Of a DNA stretch of 64,000 nucleotides, positions 1 through 11,170 are shown piece by piece. The number at the start of each line of letters is the position of its first letter. Within the stretch, counting starts at the first letter, position 1. Location of the stretch: positions 41,651,066 to 41,715,065 of the forward strand of contig NC_068999.1 of NCBI RefSeq assembly GCF_001194135.2, read 5' to 3'. A model generated the notes under the pieces. That model did no database searches. It had not been told where the DNA came from and worked only from the letters and a program-made list of their open reading frames with translations. The position numbers and the translations under genes are program-made. The stretch is from Octopus bimaculoides (Eukaryota).

Positions 1-222
1 GATCTGTTGCTACACAGTTTTGCCACACATACACACATATATATATATATACATATATACGACGGGCTTCTTTCAGTTTCCGTCTACCAAATCCACTCAC
101 AAGGCTTTGGTCGGCCCGAGGCTATAGTAGAAGACACTTGCCCAAGGTGCCACGCAGTGGGACTGAACCCGGAATCATGTGGTTGGTAGGCAAGCTACTT
201 ACCACACAGCCACTCCTACGCC
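1..222 (-). mobile_element. tRNA-derived SINE family A, partial
   Basis: Same sequence as the many copies in the window (GGCTGTGTGGTAAGTAGCTTG...GGTTCAGTCCCACTGCGTGGCACCTTGGGCAAG...GGAAACTGAAAGAAGCCCGTCG). Confidence 0.8.
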
Positions 223-233
223 TATAACATGCG

Positions 234-286
234 TTCCCATGCCGAGAATCGAACCCGGGCCGCCTGAGTGAAAACCAGGAATCCTA
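234..286 (-). pseudogene. 5'-truncated tRNA-Glu(TTC) fragment
   Basis: Minus strand reads TAGGATTCCTGGTTTTCACTCAGGCGGCCCGGGTTCGATTCTCGGCATGGGAA. This covers the anticodon arm (TTC), T-arm and 3' acceptor strand of eukaryotic tRNA-Glu; the 5' acceptor strand and A-box are missing. Confidence 0.75.
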
Positions 287-479
287 TGTATACAATTATA
301 ATATAAAAGGATAATATTGTGTGTCTGTGTGTGTGTGTGTGCACATTTATGACTTATGTACAAGGTTCTTGACGTTCGTATCACTCGAAAATAGTGTTAA
401 CAGGGATTGGCGAGAATCCTGACGAGTTGAATAAGAAGGAAACTAGTGACATCTACGTCTGTTGCCGGCTGCCGAAAAG

Positions 480-655
480 GGCCGCATGTGGGGGTCAGGG
501 TTGCTTCGTAGCATTTCGTCCGCCAGGGTTAACTTTGCCTTTCATCCTTCCAGGGTCGATAAAATAATCACCAGTTGAGCATTGTGGTCGATGCAATCGA
601 CTTAATCCCCTCCACTCCTAAAATTGCTGGCCTTGTGCCAATATTTGAAACTAAT
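480..655 (+). mobile_element. SINE family C fragment (GTCGACTTTGCCTTTCATCC...AAGTACCAGTTG)
   Basis: Recurs at about 10120-10280, 16800-16990 (-), 25275-25450 and 50600-50790 (-). Confidence 0.65.
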
Positions 656-1828
656 ATTACGAGAAGGCGTCTCTCCTATCTCTCAGCCGACAAAAATAGC
701 AGCTAAATTTCCTTTAATTCATACAATCGTCTCATTAAATAAAGGAAGGCGGCATTAGAGAATATTATCTAATATAAACCACATTTGCTTGAAAAGAAAC
801 GAAACGGTTGCGGTTGGGACGCTTCATATAAAAGTTCGATTGGACGCAAACTTGAGAAGTTTTATAGTTAAAGGGAAACAACTGTAAATTCTCAATTATC
901 TCCCCTTGGAAGTCGGGGGTAAAATTACAAATATAATGGTTTGAATGACAGAGAATCGATGATTCTAGTTATATGTACTACCGGATCTCTAATTCCGCTT
1001 TCACAAATCCGGGTCTACTGCAATACTGTGTAATATGCAGCATTGATTAAAATTGATTAATTTTTACGCAGTGTATTAAACTATTTTATTCTTTGCATTT
1101 TTTATGTAAATCAATGAAGATTACACATACTCTCCTTTAGAATTTTTTTAATATATTTCTAATTAATATTCATGATTATAATAGTTAAATGAATCATGTT
1201 CTATACATCTCTTCATTTAATTTTCATCCAATAAACATTATATTCTATTAACTATTTGAATCAATATTATTGTAATGTGTGTCAGTATGTATGCCTAGCA
1301 TTTTTTTTTTCACATTAAATTTCGATAAAATCGTAATCTACACCATCTGAAGCTTATTTGTAGAAAATTTCATTTGAAAATATCCATTTTTCTGGAAGTT
1401 ATAAGAAGGGGCACATTTGTGTAGGTATGCCAATACAGGATATATGTCTGCATTGCTGACGCGGCGGTGTAGTAAGAAGTTTGCTTTCCATCAACATTGT
1501 TCCGGGTTCAGTCGCACTGCATGGCACCTAGTATCTTCTAGTATAAGCCCCAGGTCGGCCAAAGTCTTGGAAGTGGATTTGGTAAACGGAAAAGGAAAGA
1601 AACCTGTCGTCTGCGTGCGTGCGTGTGTATGTCCGGCCACCTCTTAATGACCGATGCTGGTTTGTTAAAGTTTCAGTAAATTCGCGGATCAGCAAAAGCA
1701 AAGTGATAGAAAAAGTCCTGCAGTTAATTTGTTCGACGGAACAATACAAGGCGGTGCTCCAGCATGGCCGCAGTTCAGTGGCTGAAATAAGCAAAGGATA
1801 AATAGAAACGATGTGTGCAGGAACGCAT

Positions 1829-2206
1829 GTTGCTGTTGTTGACACTCCGTCGCTTACGACGACGACGAGGGTTCCAGTTGATCCGATCAACGGAACAGCC
1901 TGCTCGTGAAATTAACGTGCAAGTGGCTGAGCACTCCACAGACATGTGTACCCTTAATGTAGTTCTCGGGGATATTCAGCATGACACAGTGTGACAAGGC
2001 TGACCCTTTGAATTACAAGTACAACAGAAACAGGAAGTAAGAGTGAGAGAAAGTTGTGGTGAAAGAGTACAGAAGGGTTCTCCGCCATCCCCTGCCGGAG
2101 CCTCGTGGAGCTTTTTAGGTATTTTCGCTCAATAAACACTCACAACGCCCGGTCTGGGAATCGAAACCGCGAGTCCGCTGCCCTAACCACTGGGCCATTG
2201 CGCCTC
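1829..2206 (-). mobile_element. tRNA-headed SINE family B
   Basis: Near-identical to the plus-strand copy at 19667-20045; tRNA-like head with A/B boxes and a (CAA)-type tail. Confidence 0.8.
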
Positions 2207-2730
2207 TGTAGGGAACGCATAAAGCGAGAGCAATAACATTATTGTAAATGAAGTAAAAGAGAGAAAAAAAATAGGTTGCTCTGAAGTAGAGAGCAATGCC
2301 CATATGTGTTAGAAAGATCGATTGACCTCTTCCGTCCTTGTCAAGGGGAGTGCTAACCGTCTCTCCTTTTTTGCAACACAATAAAATAGTTAAGAAATTG
2401 CTATATATACTATAATAAATACTGTAATTATAAACACAAGGTTACCTAATTTGCATAATTTTCATAAATATCGTTGTATTAAATTATTTTTGGTAGATAT
2501 ATGAATGCATTTCTCTATTTTAGATTTTTATTTATATTTTCAATAAGTTTTGTTCATAATTTGCTGTTTGCTGTTTACATGCATTATTTGCATTTAGATT
2601 TAGTGAAATTTATCTAGATTTCTTAAACAAATGCAGATAACCCACCCTGTACTTGTTACATAACATCCGGTAGAGTTCCCTGCCTCGTCGACGCTTACCG
2701 TTCACAGATTTGGTTGTCTTACTCTCCACT

Positions 2731-5700
2731 ATGTCTGTCGCGAACATCAACGTCAATAATGTTCCTAATGATGTCGATATCTTCGAGTCTGTTGTGATGC
2801 AAGAAGAAAGGTTTGCTCTTTTTTTTTTCTTTCTATTTTATCTTTCACGTAATTCAGACACTGGGCTGCGGCCGTGCTGGAGCACAACCTAATCGAAAAT
2901 CGACTCCACTACTTTTTATTTTTCATAAGTATGGTAACATATTCAACCGGTTTCTTTTTGCCGAACTGCTAGTCATGGAGACGTAAACAAACCAACACCG
3001 GTTGTTAAGCCGTGGTGGGGGCACAAACACAATGGCACACACACACACACCAAATCCACTTAACAAGGCTTTGATTGACTTAGGGGCTACAAGAGAAGAT
3101 ACTTCGGGATTGAACCTAAAACCATATGGTTCCGAATCAAGCTTCTTGTAACTATTTTCTCTTCTTCTCTTCCTTTTTTTCTTTTAATTGCCCGAATACA
3201 AATAAGATCAACCGCTGCAAAAACGATAATCATACATAATGCCCAGACATATATATAATAAGAGTCGAAATGAAGAAGCATAATTGTCGTTTAATATATT
3301 AAAGTTTCATAAGGAACCAAACGAAGAATAAACCATAAACCATCCAAATGTTGCTAATTATGTTGCTAAACATACGAAATTGTAATGATTAGCAACTAAA
3401 TAATGCCAGAATGGTGTAATTTTTAAAGTTTCTGTTGGATTTAATTTGATATGAGTTTCCCGTGTTAAACTACAACTGTACCTTATGTTAATCTAGTCTT
3501 TGCGTAATTACAGATTAGTAAATAAAGAAAATTGGTTTTTTAAATATATATTAGTAAGAAGAATATATTTTAAAATATATTAGTAAGAAGAAAAACTAGT
3601 ATTTCTGTGTCTATATAGCATATGTAATTATGGTAAAACACTTAATTAATGTAATTAGTTTTCGAGTATTTTTATTTAATTCCTTTGCCCTACATTGTTA
3701 TTGTTGATTAATCCCACGAATCAAACCTCATTGAGAAGACACAAATGTAGGCTTTCCAGATATGATTATCCCCATCTTTTTGTATATCAGGGACCTATCT
3801 GTGCAATGTGTCCTTTTATGAAAGACGATGGGGTTGTATTCATGGGGATTCGGCTGCTATTTCTAACAGATCAATTGCGTAAAAGCTCAGTTCGTCTCTA
3901 TCCGACCCTTTACATCATAATGATTGTAATAAACGTTTAACCGATTATATATTATTTATTAAACAAAGTATTATTTTAGCATATATAAGGCTGAAAATAA
4001 TAAAGCACAAACATTCTTTGGACCCATTTCATTTATTAATTCTTTTCATCAAATATTTAAACATGTAACACAAGCACTTCTTCCGCCCTTTGTAATTAAT
4101 TGTTCGTCATGTATGAAAACCTGGTGTGGTTTATAACGGAGACCTTGCATCACTTCTATTCCTATTTCATGTATTAAATCCTAAGCTTCTTTCCCTTTCA
4201 TATATTCAAGTATTGACGTCCATAATACAAACAGTTCTTGCATCTCGTCAAAATACTTCTTGCTTCCTAACCACGTGGTTTTGGATCCAGTCCGATTGCG
4301 TTGGCACCTTGAGCGAGTATCTTCTACTTCATCACTTGGCCGACAAAAGAATTGTGAGTGGATTTGGTTGACGGAAATTGAAAGACGCTGGTTGTGTATG
4401 TATATATATATGTATGTGTGCCACCACATCTTGATATCGAGTGATAGTTGTAAACAAGTATTACTGTTATACGAGCGGTGTCATTCGTTTCCAGTCTTCC
4501 TTGAAAACATGTCCAGTTTTATGGTGGTAGGAGGAAGTGAACATAACCTTCTTAGGAAACTAATGAAGGTTGGCGACGAAAAAGCATCCGGACAGTGGAC
4601 CGGGGTGGGGGAGAAAGGGGTTGGTAATTTCATAAGAATGTGAGAGTGACAGATAGTTGTATATGAGGGTGGTGGTGAAAGTAGTGGGTGCCAAGCAAGG
4701 GTGAACCTTGTGGTTGATGGGTGGGGTGATTAGGATGGGGCTGGGAAGAGATAAAGGTGGTGGTGATTAGGTGTCTGGGTGGAGCCTCAAGGTACAAGGT
4801 GAGTAGAAGTGAGAGAGTGGGGAATATAATGAATGAGTGCAAAGCCCATCATGTGTGTGTGTCTTTGTGTCCGTGTAACTCACACCCCACACCAGTGTTG
4901 GTTTGTTTACATCCCCATAACTTAGTTGTTTGGTAAAAAGAGGCTGATAGAATATATATTCATCATCATCATCATCATCGTTTAACGTCCGCTTTCCATG
5001 CTGGCATGGGTTGGACGATTTGACTGAGGACTGGTGAAACCGGATGGCAACACCAGGCTCCAATCTAATTTGGCAGAGTTTCTACAGCTGGATGCCCTTC
5101 CTAACGCCAACCACTCCGAGAGTGTAGTGGGTGCTTTTACGTGTCGCCTGCACGAGGGCCAGTCAGGCGGTACTGGCAACGGCCATGCTCAAAATGGTGT
5201 CTTTTATGTGCCACCCGCACAAGAGCCAGTCCAGCGGCACTGGCAANNNNNNNNNNNNNNNNNNNNNNNNNNNNNNNNNNNNNNNNNNNNNNNNNNNNNN
5301 NNNNNNNNNNNNNNNNNNNNNNNNNNNNNNNNNNNNNNNNNNNNNNNNNNNNNNNNNNNNNNNNNNNNNNNNNNNNNNNNNNNNNNNNNNNNNNNNNNNN
5401 NNNNNNNNNNNNNNNNNNNNNNNNNNNNNNNNNNNNNNNNNNNNNNNNNNNNNNNNNNNNNNNNNNNNNNNNNNNNNNNNNNNNNNNNNNNNNNNNNNNN
5501 NNNNNNNNNNNNNNNNNNNNNNNNNNNNNNNNNNNNNNNNNNNNNNNNNNNNNNNNNNNNNNNNNNGGGTTCCCTCAACTGTTACGGTGTGGCACTTTTT
5601 CACGCAGCTATCCTCATCCATTCTCACCACATGTCCATACCAGCGCAATCGTCTCCCTTGCACACCACAACTGATGCTTCTTATGTTCAGCTTTTCTCTC

Positions 5701-8700
5701 AAGATACTTACACTCTGACGGGTATGCACACTGACACTACACATCCAACGGAGCATACTGGCTTCATTCCTTGCGAGCTTACGTATGTCCTCAGCAGTCA
5801 CAGCCCATGTTTCACTGCCAAAAACCCTACAAGTACTGGGGTCAATTTGTTTGACTTAAACACTTCAATATGGTACTCCAGCATGACCACAGTCCAATCA
5901 CTGAATCAAAGGACAATATGTATATATATGTTAGTGTCTATCTTTGTGTCAAATTTAACTTCTGTTGATGTTTCCTATTTTTAATGAGGCCCCTTTTTCT
6001 CTCACAGTTCTGTGAAGGCAGGTTATTTGGCTGGTTTGAACCATGGTACTGAAAAGGGTCAAGAAGACGGTTATCAACTTGGACATTCCTTGGGATGCAG
6101 TGTTGGAAATGAGGTATACAAATCTCTCAGGTTTTTGGCAACTATATTTCTAACAAAAATACATTTTCTGCATTCTGTATTTCATTTTCAAAATAATGAG
6201 GAATTTTGAGAGGCTTTGTGAAATAACAAACGTATAACTTAATAAGAGACTTGGTGTATGCTACTGAAAGAGCATTAAGTCATAAACATCACCTTTGTTT
6301 CATGCTTAATGGATATACACCATTGACAGGCATAATGTTATGGATTTTGTCTGAAAGAACATCTCTTCATAGACTTGTGTTAAAAACAATATATGTGTGA
6401 GAGCAAGACCTAACAGTGACACATGGGAAAACCTGATCCATTTTGCCTTTCTTGAGGATTGTTAATGACATGTACCCCATGGTCACATGATTGGATGAAA
6501 TCTGTCACTTCCAATATATAACAGACACCTTAGCAGGCGTTTTTCAGAAAGATGGAAAGATTAATGTTTGTTCCTCAAAAACCTTGTGAGTAGATTTGGT
6601 AAACGGAAACTGGAAGAAGCCGTATATGTGTGTGTGTGTTTCTTTGTCTTACCATCATCATAGGCTGGTTATGAATGAGCGTCACCTTCATACGTGGCAG
6701 AGTGTCTTGTTTCCAGTCTTCTGTTGCAAACATGTCCGGTTATGGAGAAATAGGTGATGGTTGGCAACAGGAAGGGCATCCACCCATAGAAAATCTGCCT
6801 CAACAAATTCTTTCTGACCAATGCAAGCATTGAAGAGTGGACATTGAAACAGTCGTGATGATACATTATTTACATTTGACGGATATCCGTCAAATGTAAA
6901 TAATATACATAATTCCTCATGTCTTAAATATAGATGATGTTAAAGATGACCTTGCACGCACACACACACACAATCTCATTGAAGTGTTCTTGTTTACTTT
7001 TTACAGATCGGCTTCCTACAAGGATTTGTCTCAACATGGTTGGCATTACTTGACCAATCTCCTGATACTAAAGAGAAGTAAGTACTAAACCAGATACTTC
7101 ACTCTAATTGTTACACAAAGAGTAGAGTGATCTGAATATCTACCCTGGGCCACTGGTGCAACCACTATGTGATCAGACACTTGACCTGCTGGAAATAACA
7201 GCCAAATGTCATTCAAATCATATTCCACCATCTTAAAAACAGGAGGGACGTGTTAGATAAGGAAGTCCTAGTGTGGTCAATGAAGACATGGCTGTGTAAT
7301 TAAGTAGTTTACTTTCCAACTACATGGTCTTGGGTTCAGTCCTGCTACACAGCACCTTGGGTAAATTCCTTCTACTAAAGCTCCAGGCTGACCAAAACTT
7401 TCTGTGTGGATTTGGAAGGCAAAAACTGAAAGAGGCCTTGGGTGTGTGTGTATGTGTGCACGCCCTCGCTGTTTCTTTGCTAGTCTTTCATGGAAAACGT
7501 ATCGTGAGGAAATATGATGGTTTTACCTAATATTTCAATATTTCGGGATTAGGAGCCCTTCCTCAGGAAATCTTTGGAGAAATAATGTTGCTTGTTGATT
7601 TCTTTCTCCTTTGTGATTTGGTATAGATATATGGTGAGTGTTGGGAAGGGATAAGCACTCATTCTTCGCCCATATCACAACACGGTCATGCAAACACAGT
7701 TATCTTCCCTTGGCACACTTTATACCCAGCCACTCCACTTTTCTCAACCCTAAAAATAGTTGCATCCGACGAAGTTTGTGTGAGTAAAAGCAGTTCAAAG
7801 GTGCAATAAAAAGCCGTTCAAATCCTTCTCTCTCTTTCTCCCATTAACAGACTAACCAAAGGTCTTGTTCAAAGTGTTAAGCTTTTATTTCAGGGCAATT
7901 TGTATTCCCTCTGCTTGCTTGTGGCACATTATCAATCCTGGAGGAATTGAACACTCAATCTTAAAGGACAAAAGCTAAACACGTTATAGTAGTTCTTTCT
8001 TTTTGGGTTTCGTGAACCTTTGTTTTTGTTTGAAGAATGGATTCTTGTAATACCCCAAGAAACTCTCATACATCAAAATCTACATGGGAGTCCATCATAC
8101 AGATATATATATATATATATATTAACGTTTGTATAGTTTGCATGAAGTGTTGTCACATATATATAATGTTTTTAATTTTTTTAAGACAAAATGCAAGTTA
8201 TAAAAATAATAAGGTTGATGGTTTTACCTAATATTTCAATATTTCGGGGTTAGGAGCCCTTCCTCAAGAAATCTTTGGAGAAATAATGTTGCTTGTTGAT
8301 TTCTTTCTCCTTTGTGATTTGGTGTAGATATATGGTGAGTGTTGGGAAGGGATAAGCACTATGATATGTCTGTGTGTGCTGTATTAGTGGCAGGCGACTG
8401 TGGTAGAGAACAAAACATGACGAGAAGTGAGCTAATAACACCACTTCTACAAAGATTTCCTGAAGAATTGCTCCTAACCCTGTAATATTGAAATACCAAG
8501 TAAAACCATTGACCTGTATTATTTTTGTAACTTGCATTGTTTTGGCTTTAAAAAAAGATGCTTAAAAACATTTATATGTATATATAAATACATACATGCA
8601 AATATATATTATTTCTTTTCCATTTTAGAACTTCCAAGGCATTAACATCTCTGCAAACTCTTCTTGGTAAATATCCTCTGGGAACTGTGAATAGCACATG

Positions 8701-9886
8701 TGTCACAGACCTGAAAATGATCCAAGCAAGATTTAAAAAGGTTTGTTTTTCCTACTATGTTCTTTGCTAAGAATTTGATTTCTTTCTATAACTTTATAGG
8801 CACATGCATAGCTCTGTCGTTAAATTTACTTCAGGAGCACATGATTTCAGGTTCATTTCCTCTGTGTAGCATCTTGGCAATTGTCTTCCACCTTGCGTTG
8901 ACCAAAACCGTCATCATCATCATCATCATCATCGCTTAACGTCCGTTTTCCATGCTAGCATGGGTTGGACGGTTCAACTGGGGTCTGGGAAGCCAGGAGG
9001 CTGCACCAGGCTCCAATCTGATCTGGCAGTGTTTCTATGGCTGGATGCTCTTCCTCACGCCAACCACTCCGTGAGTGTAGTGGGTGCTTTTTATGTGCCA
9101 CCGGCACGGAAGCCAGTCAAGGCGGCGCTGGCATCGGCCACGTTCGGATGGTGCTTTTTACGTGCCACCAGCACGGGGATCACAAGTACAATTTCCAGTA
9201 AGTGAATTTGGTAAATGGAAACTGAAAGAAACCTGTTGTGTGAGTACAGACATGTCTTGATGTTGCTATCATTGCAAGTGAATTGCTTACCTGGTGAGGC
9301 TCAGCAACAGTAAAGGCACCCAGCTGTACAAAATCTGCCTTAAGAAGCTTGCTTCCCAACACACTTAGTTCTTGGTTCAATCCCACAGCGTGACCCCTTG
9401 GGCAAGTACCTTCCACTTTAGTCTGGGGCTGACCAGAGCTTTGTGAGTGGATTTGGTAGGCATAAACTGAAAGAAGCCCATTATGTGTGTGAGTTTCTTT
9501 GCATCTGTGTCCCCCACCTCGGCTTGACAACTTGTGTCGGTGTGTTTATGTCCCCATAGCTTAGCAGTTTGGCAAAAGAGACCAATAGAATAAGCACCAG
9601 GTTTAAAAATGGGGAAAATAAGCCCTGGGGGTTGATTCATTCAACTAAAAGTTCCTCAAGGCAGTGCTCCAGCATGGCCACATACCAATGACAGAAACAA
9701 GTAAAAGAAAAACAGATAAAATACCCTTAGATATTTTGTCCAGTTCTCTACCAATTCTACTAATTTTTTTTTACCTATATTTTTAATCTGTTGTTTGTTT
9801 GTTTATATTTTCAGGTTGTGTCTTTGCTGGGTATAAATATCAGTTGGAGTCACACGGCATCCAAACAAGAAAGCTTATCGTTTTAG
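2731..9886 (+). CDS. LTO1: LTO1/ORAOV1 (ABCE1 Fe-S maturation adaptor, Yae1/Lto1 family), 5 coding exons, 146 aa
   Basis: Exons 2731-2810, 6008-6113, 7007-7077, 8629-8740, 9815-9886; all GT-AG with compatible phases (441 nt). Translation MSVANINVNNVPNDVDIFESVVMQEESSVKAGYLAGLNHGTEKGQEDGYQLGHSLGCSVGNEIGFLQGFVSTW...ARFKKVVSLLG...ESLSF. It has the GxxxG (deca-GX3) repeat and a C-terminal LSF tripeptide, as I recall for human LTO1 (DIFDAIVMADE...GYREGYEEG...EIGCYQGF...LSF). Confidence 0.9.
4959..5810 (-). mobile_element. RTE-clade LINE 3' end (RT C-terminus + 3'UTR + (GAT)n tail), spans a gap
   Basis: Translation ...NEASMLRWMCSVSVHTRQSVSILREKLNIRSISCGVQGRRLRWYGHVVRMDEDSCVKKC is a typical RTE RT C-terminus. 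The tail is CCAACCCATGCCAGCATGGAAAGCGGACGTTAAACGATGATG. Confidence 0.85.
7516..8510. mobile_element. Penelope-like pLTR remnants: two direct copies (7516-7659, 8217-8360; 701-bp period) plus one inverted partial copy (about 8440-8510)
   Basis: About 145-bp direct repeats and an inverted copy, each with the same hammerhead-like motif. No intact RT or GIY-YIG ORF is visible. Confidence 0.6.
7532..7571 (-). ncRNA. Minimal type-I hammerhead ribozyme motif (Penelope-type), intact core
   Basis: AUUUC-CUGAGGA-A-GGG(cuccuaau)CCC-GAA-AUAU-U-GAAAU: 5-bp stem I, 3-bp GC stem II, palindromic stem III, AUU cleavage triplet, one extra A after A9. Activity untested. Confidence 0.65.
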
Positions 9887-10899
9887 CAATCTGCTTTGTT
9901 TTGCTGGGGTTTTTTTTTTTGGTTTTTTTTTTTTTTTCTTTGCGAGGAGGACAAGAGAGAGAAAGGGATTCTGATGCCTGAACTGTGTGAAGAAAAGATG
10001 AAGAAACCTCTGCATTGAGACAACTTATGGTGACTGTGTCTAATGTTTTATTCCTTATACCCAAGATACCTCACTGGACCAAATGCTGAACTGCATTTAC
10101 TCCAATTTTGCATTCTGCATTGAAGTTCCGCCAGGGTCAACTTTGCCTTTCATCCCTTCAGGGAGTTGATAAAATAAGTACCAGTTGCATACTGGGAGGA
10201 GGGAGGGGGGCTCGATGTAATCGACTCAACCCCTCCCCCAAAAAACTATTGACCTTGTGCCAAAACACTTGAAACTAATATTTATTTCTACACGACTCAG
10301 TGCCACACAAGAATCTCTGATTCATTCTTAATATTAATGTTCTTCCTGTGAAAATTGGGGTTTAAGTTTTTGCAGGATGACGGAAGTAATGGGGAGGGGG
10401 GTGTTGCTTTGTTTTTTTGTTTGTTTGTTTTTGTATTTTTGTCTTTGTTATTTTATTGGCAGTAATTTCGATGTGTGTGAATTTTGTAAATGTAAGTAAG
10501 AACTTGATTCCATTACCAAAAAAAAAAAATGTTTGCTGCAAGTCATCATTGATTTCTTATAACACCTGTCTGCTGTTAATTCTATTTGTGAATGTGGACT
10601 TAAGTTTCCAATCGAAATTAAATTTGGTGGGGAATGGTTATAACTTGCAGACACAACACACAAGTCTGAAGTTTGATGACCAAAGAGTGGCAAATTCAAA
10701 GCAATTAGTAAAAAAGAATATTAGCTTTGGTGTGGCAGAACTAATTAACAAGTGACTACTGACCTAAAAAAAACAAAAAAAGACTAAGTCAAAATTTGAC
10801 TGTGACAAACAAATCAAAACATGATGGTAATGGTCAAAGAAACCTGCATTTAGAACCACATGTGTATGTATGTATATCTCGTTAATTAATCTGTCTGCC

Positions 10900-10932
<33 letters not shown>

Positions 10933-11028
10933 TTAGATTTAGATTCAAAATTGAATATGGTACTTATGTTTAGGCACCAGAATATAGTATGGTATTATCC
11001 AAAAAGCATTCTAAAAGCGAGGTGATCA

Positions 11029-11170
11029 AAAAAATCAAAATAACCAACACGGATTTTAAAGATGATTGCAGTACACACGTTTCATGCTACTCCATTTATA
11101 TAAATGGAGTAGCATGAAACGTGCGTACTGCAATCATTTTTAAAATCCGTGTTGGTTATTTTGATTTTTT
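11029..11170. repeat. 142-bp loop-less palindrome
   Basis: Centre between 11099 and 11100; only two mismatches (G11061/T11138, A11075/C11124). Confidence 0.92.

Noticed and set aside
4600-4830. G-rich tract with G4 potential in LTO1 intron 1
   Set aside because: The G-runs are irregular and it resembles decayed purine-rich repeat sequence; no supporting context.
5034-5984. Recurrent ORFs starting MKPDGNTRLQS.LAEFLQLDALPNANHSESVVGAF (also 8960, 26894-27241, 40038)
   Set aside because: Antisense reading of the RTE 3'UTR, extended artificially through N-gaps; not a protein family.
7860-8060. Possible GIY-YIG remnant between the pLTR copies (minus strand ...KQRFTKPK...KLNTLNK)
   Set aside because: Similarity is too weak and interrupted by stops to call without a profile search.
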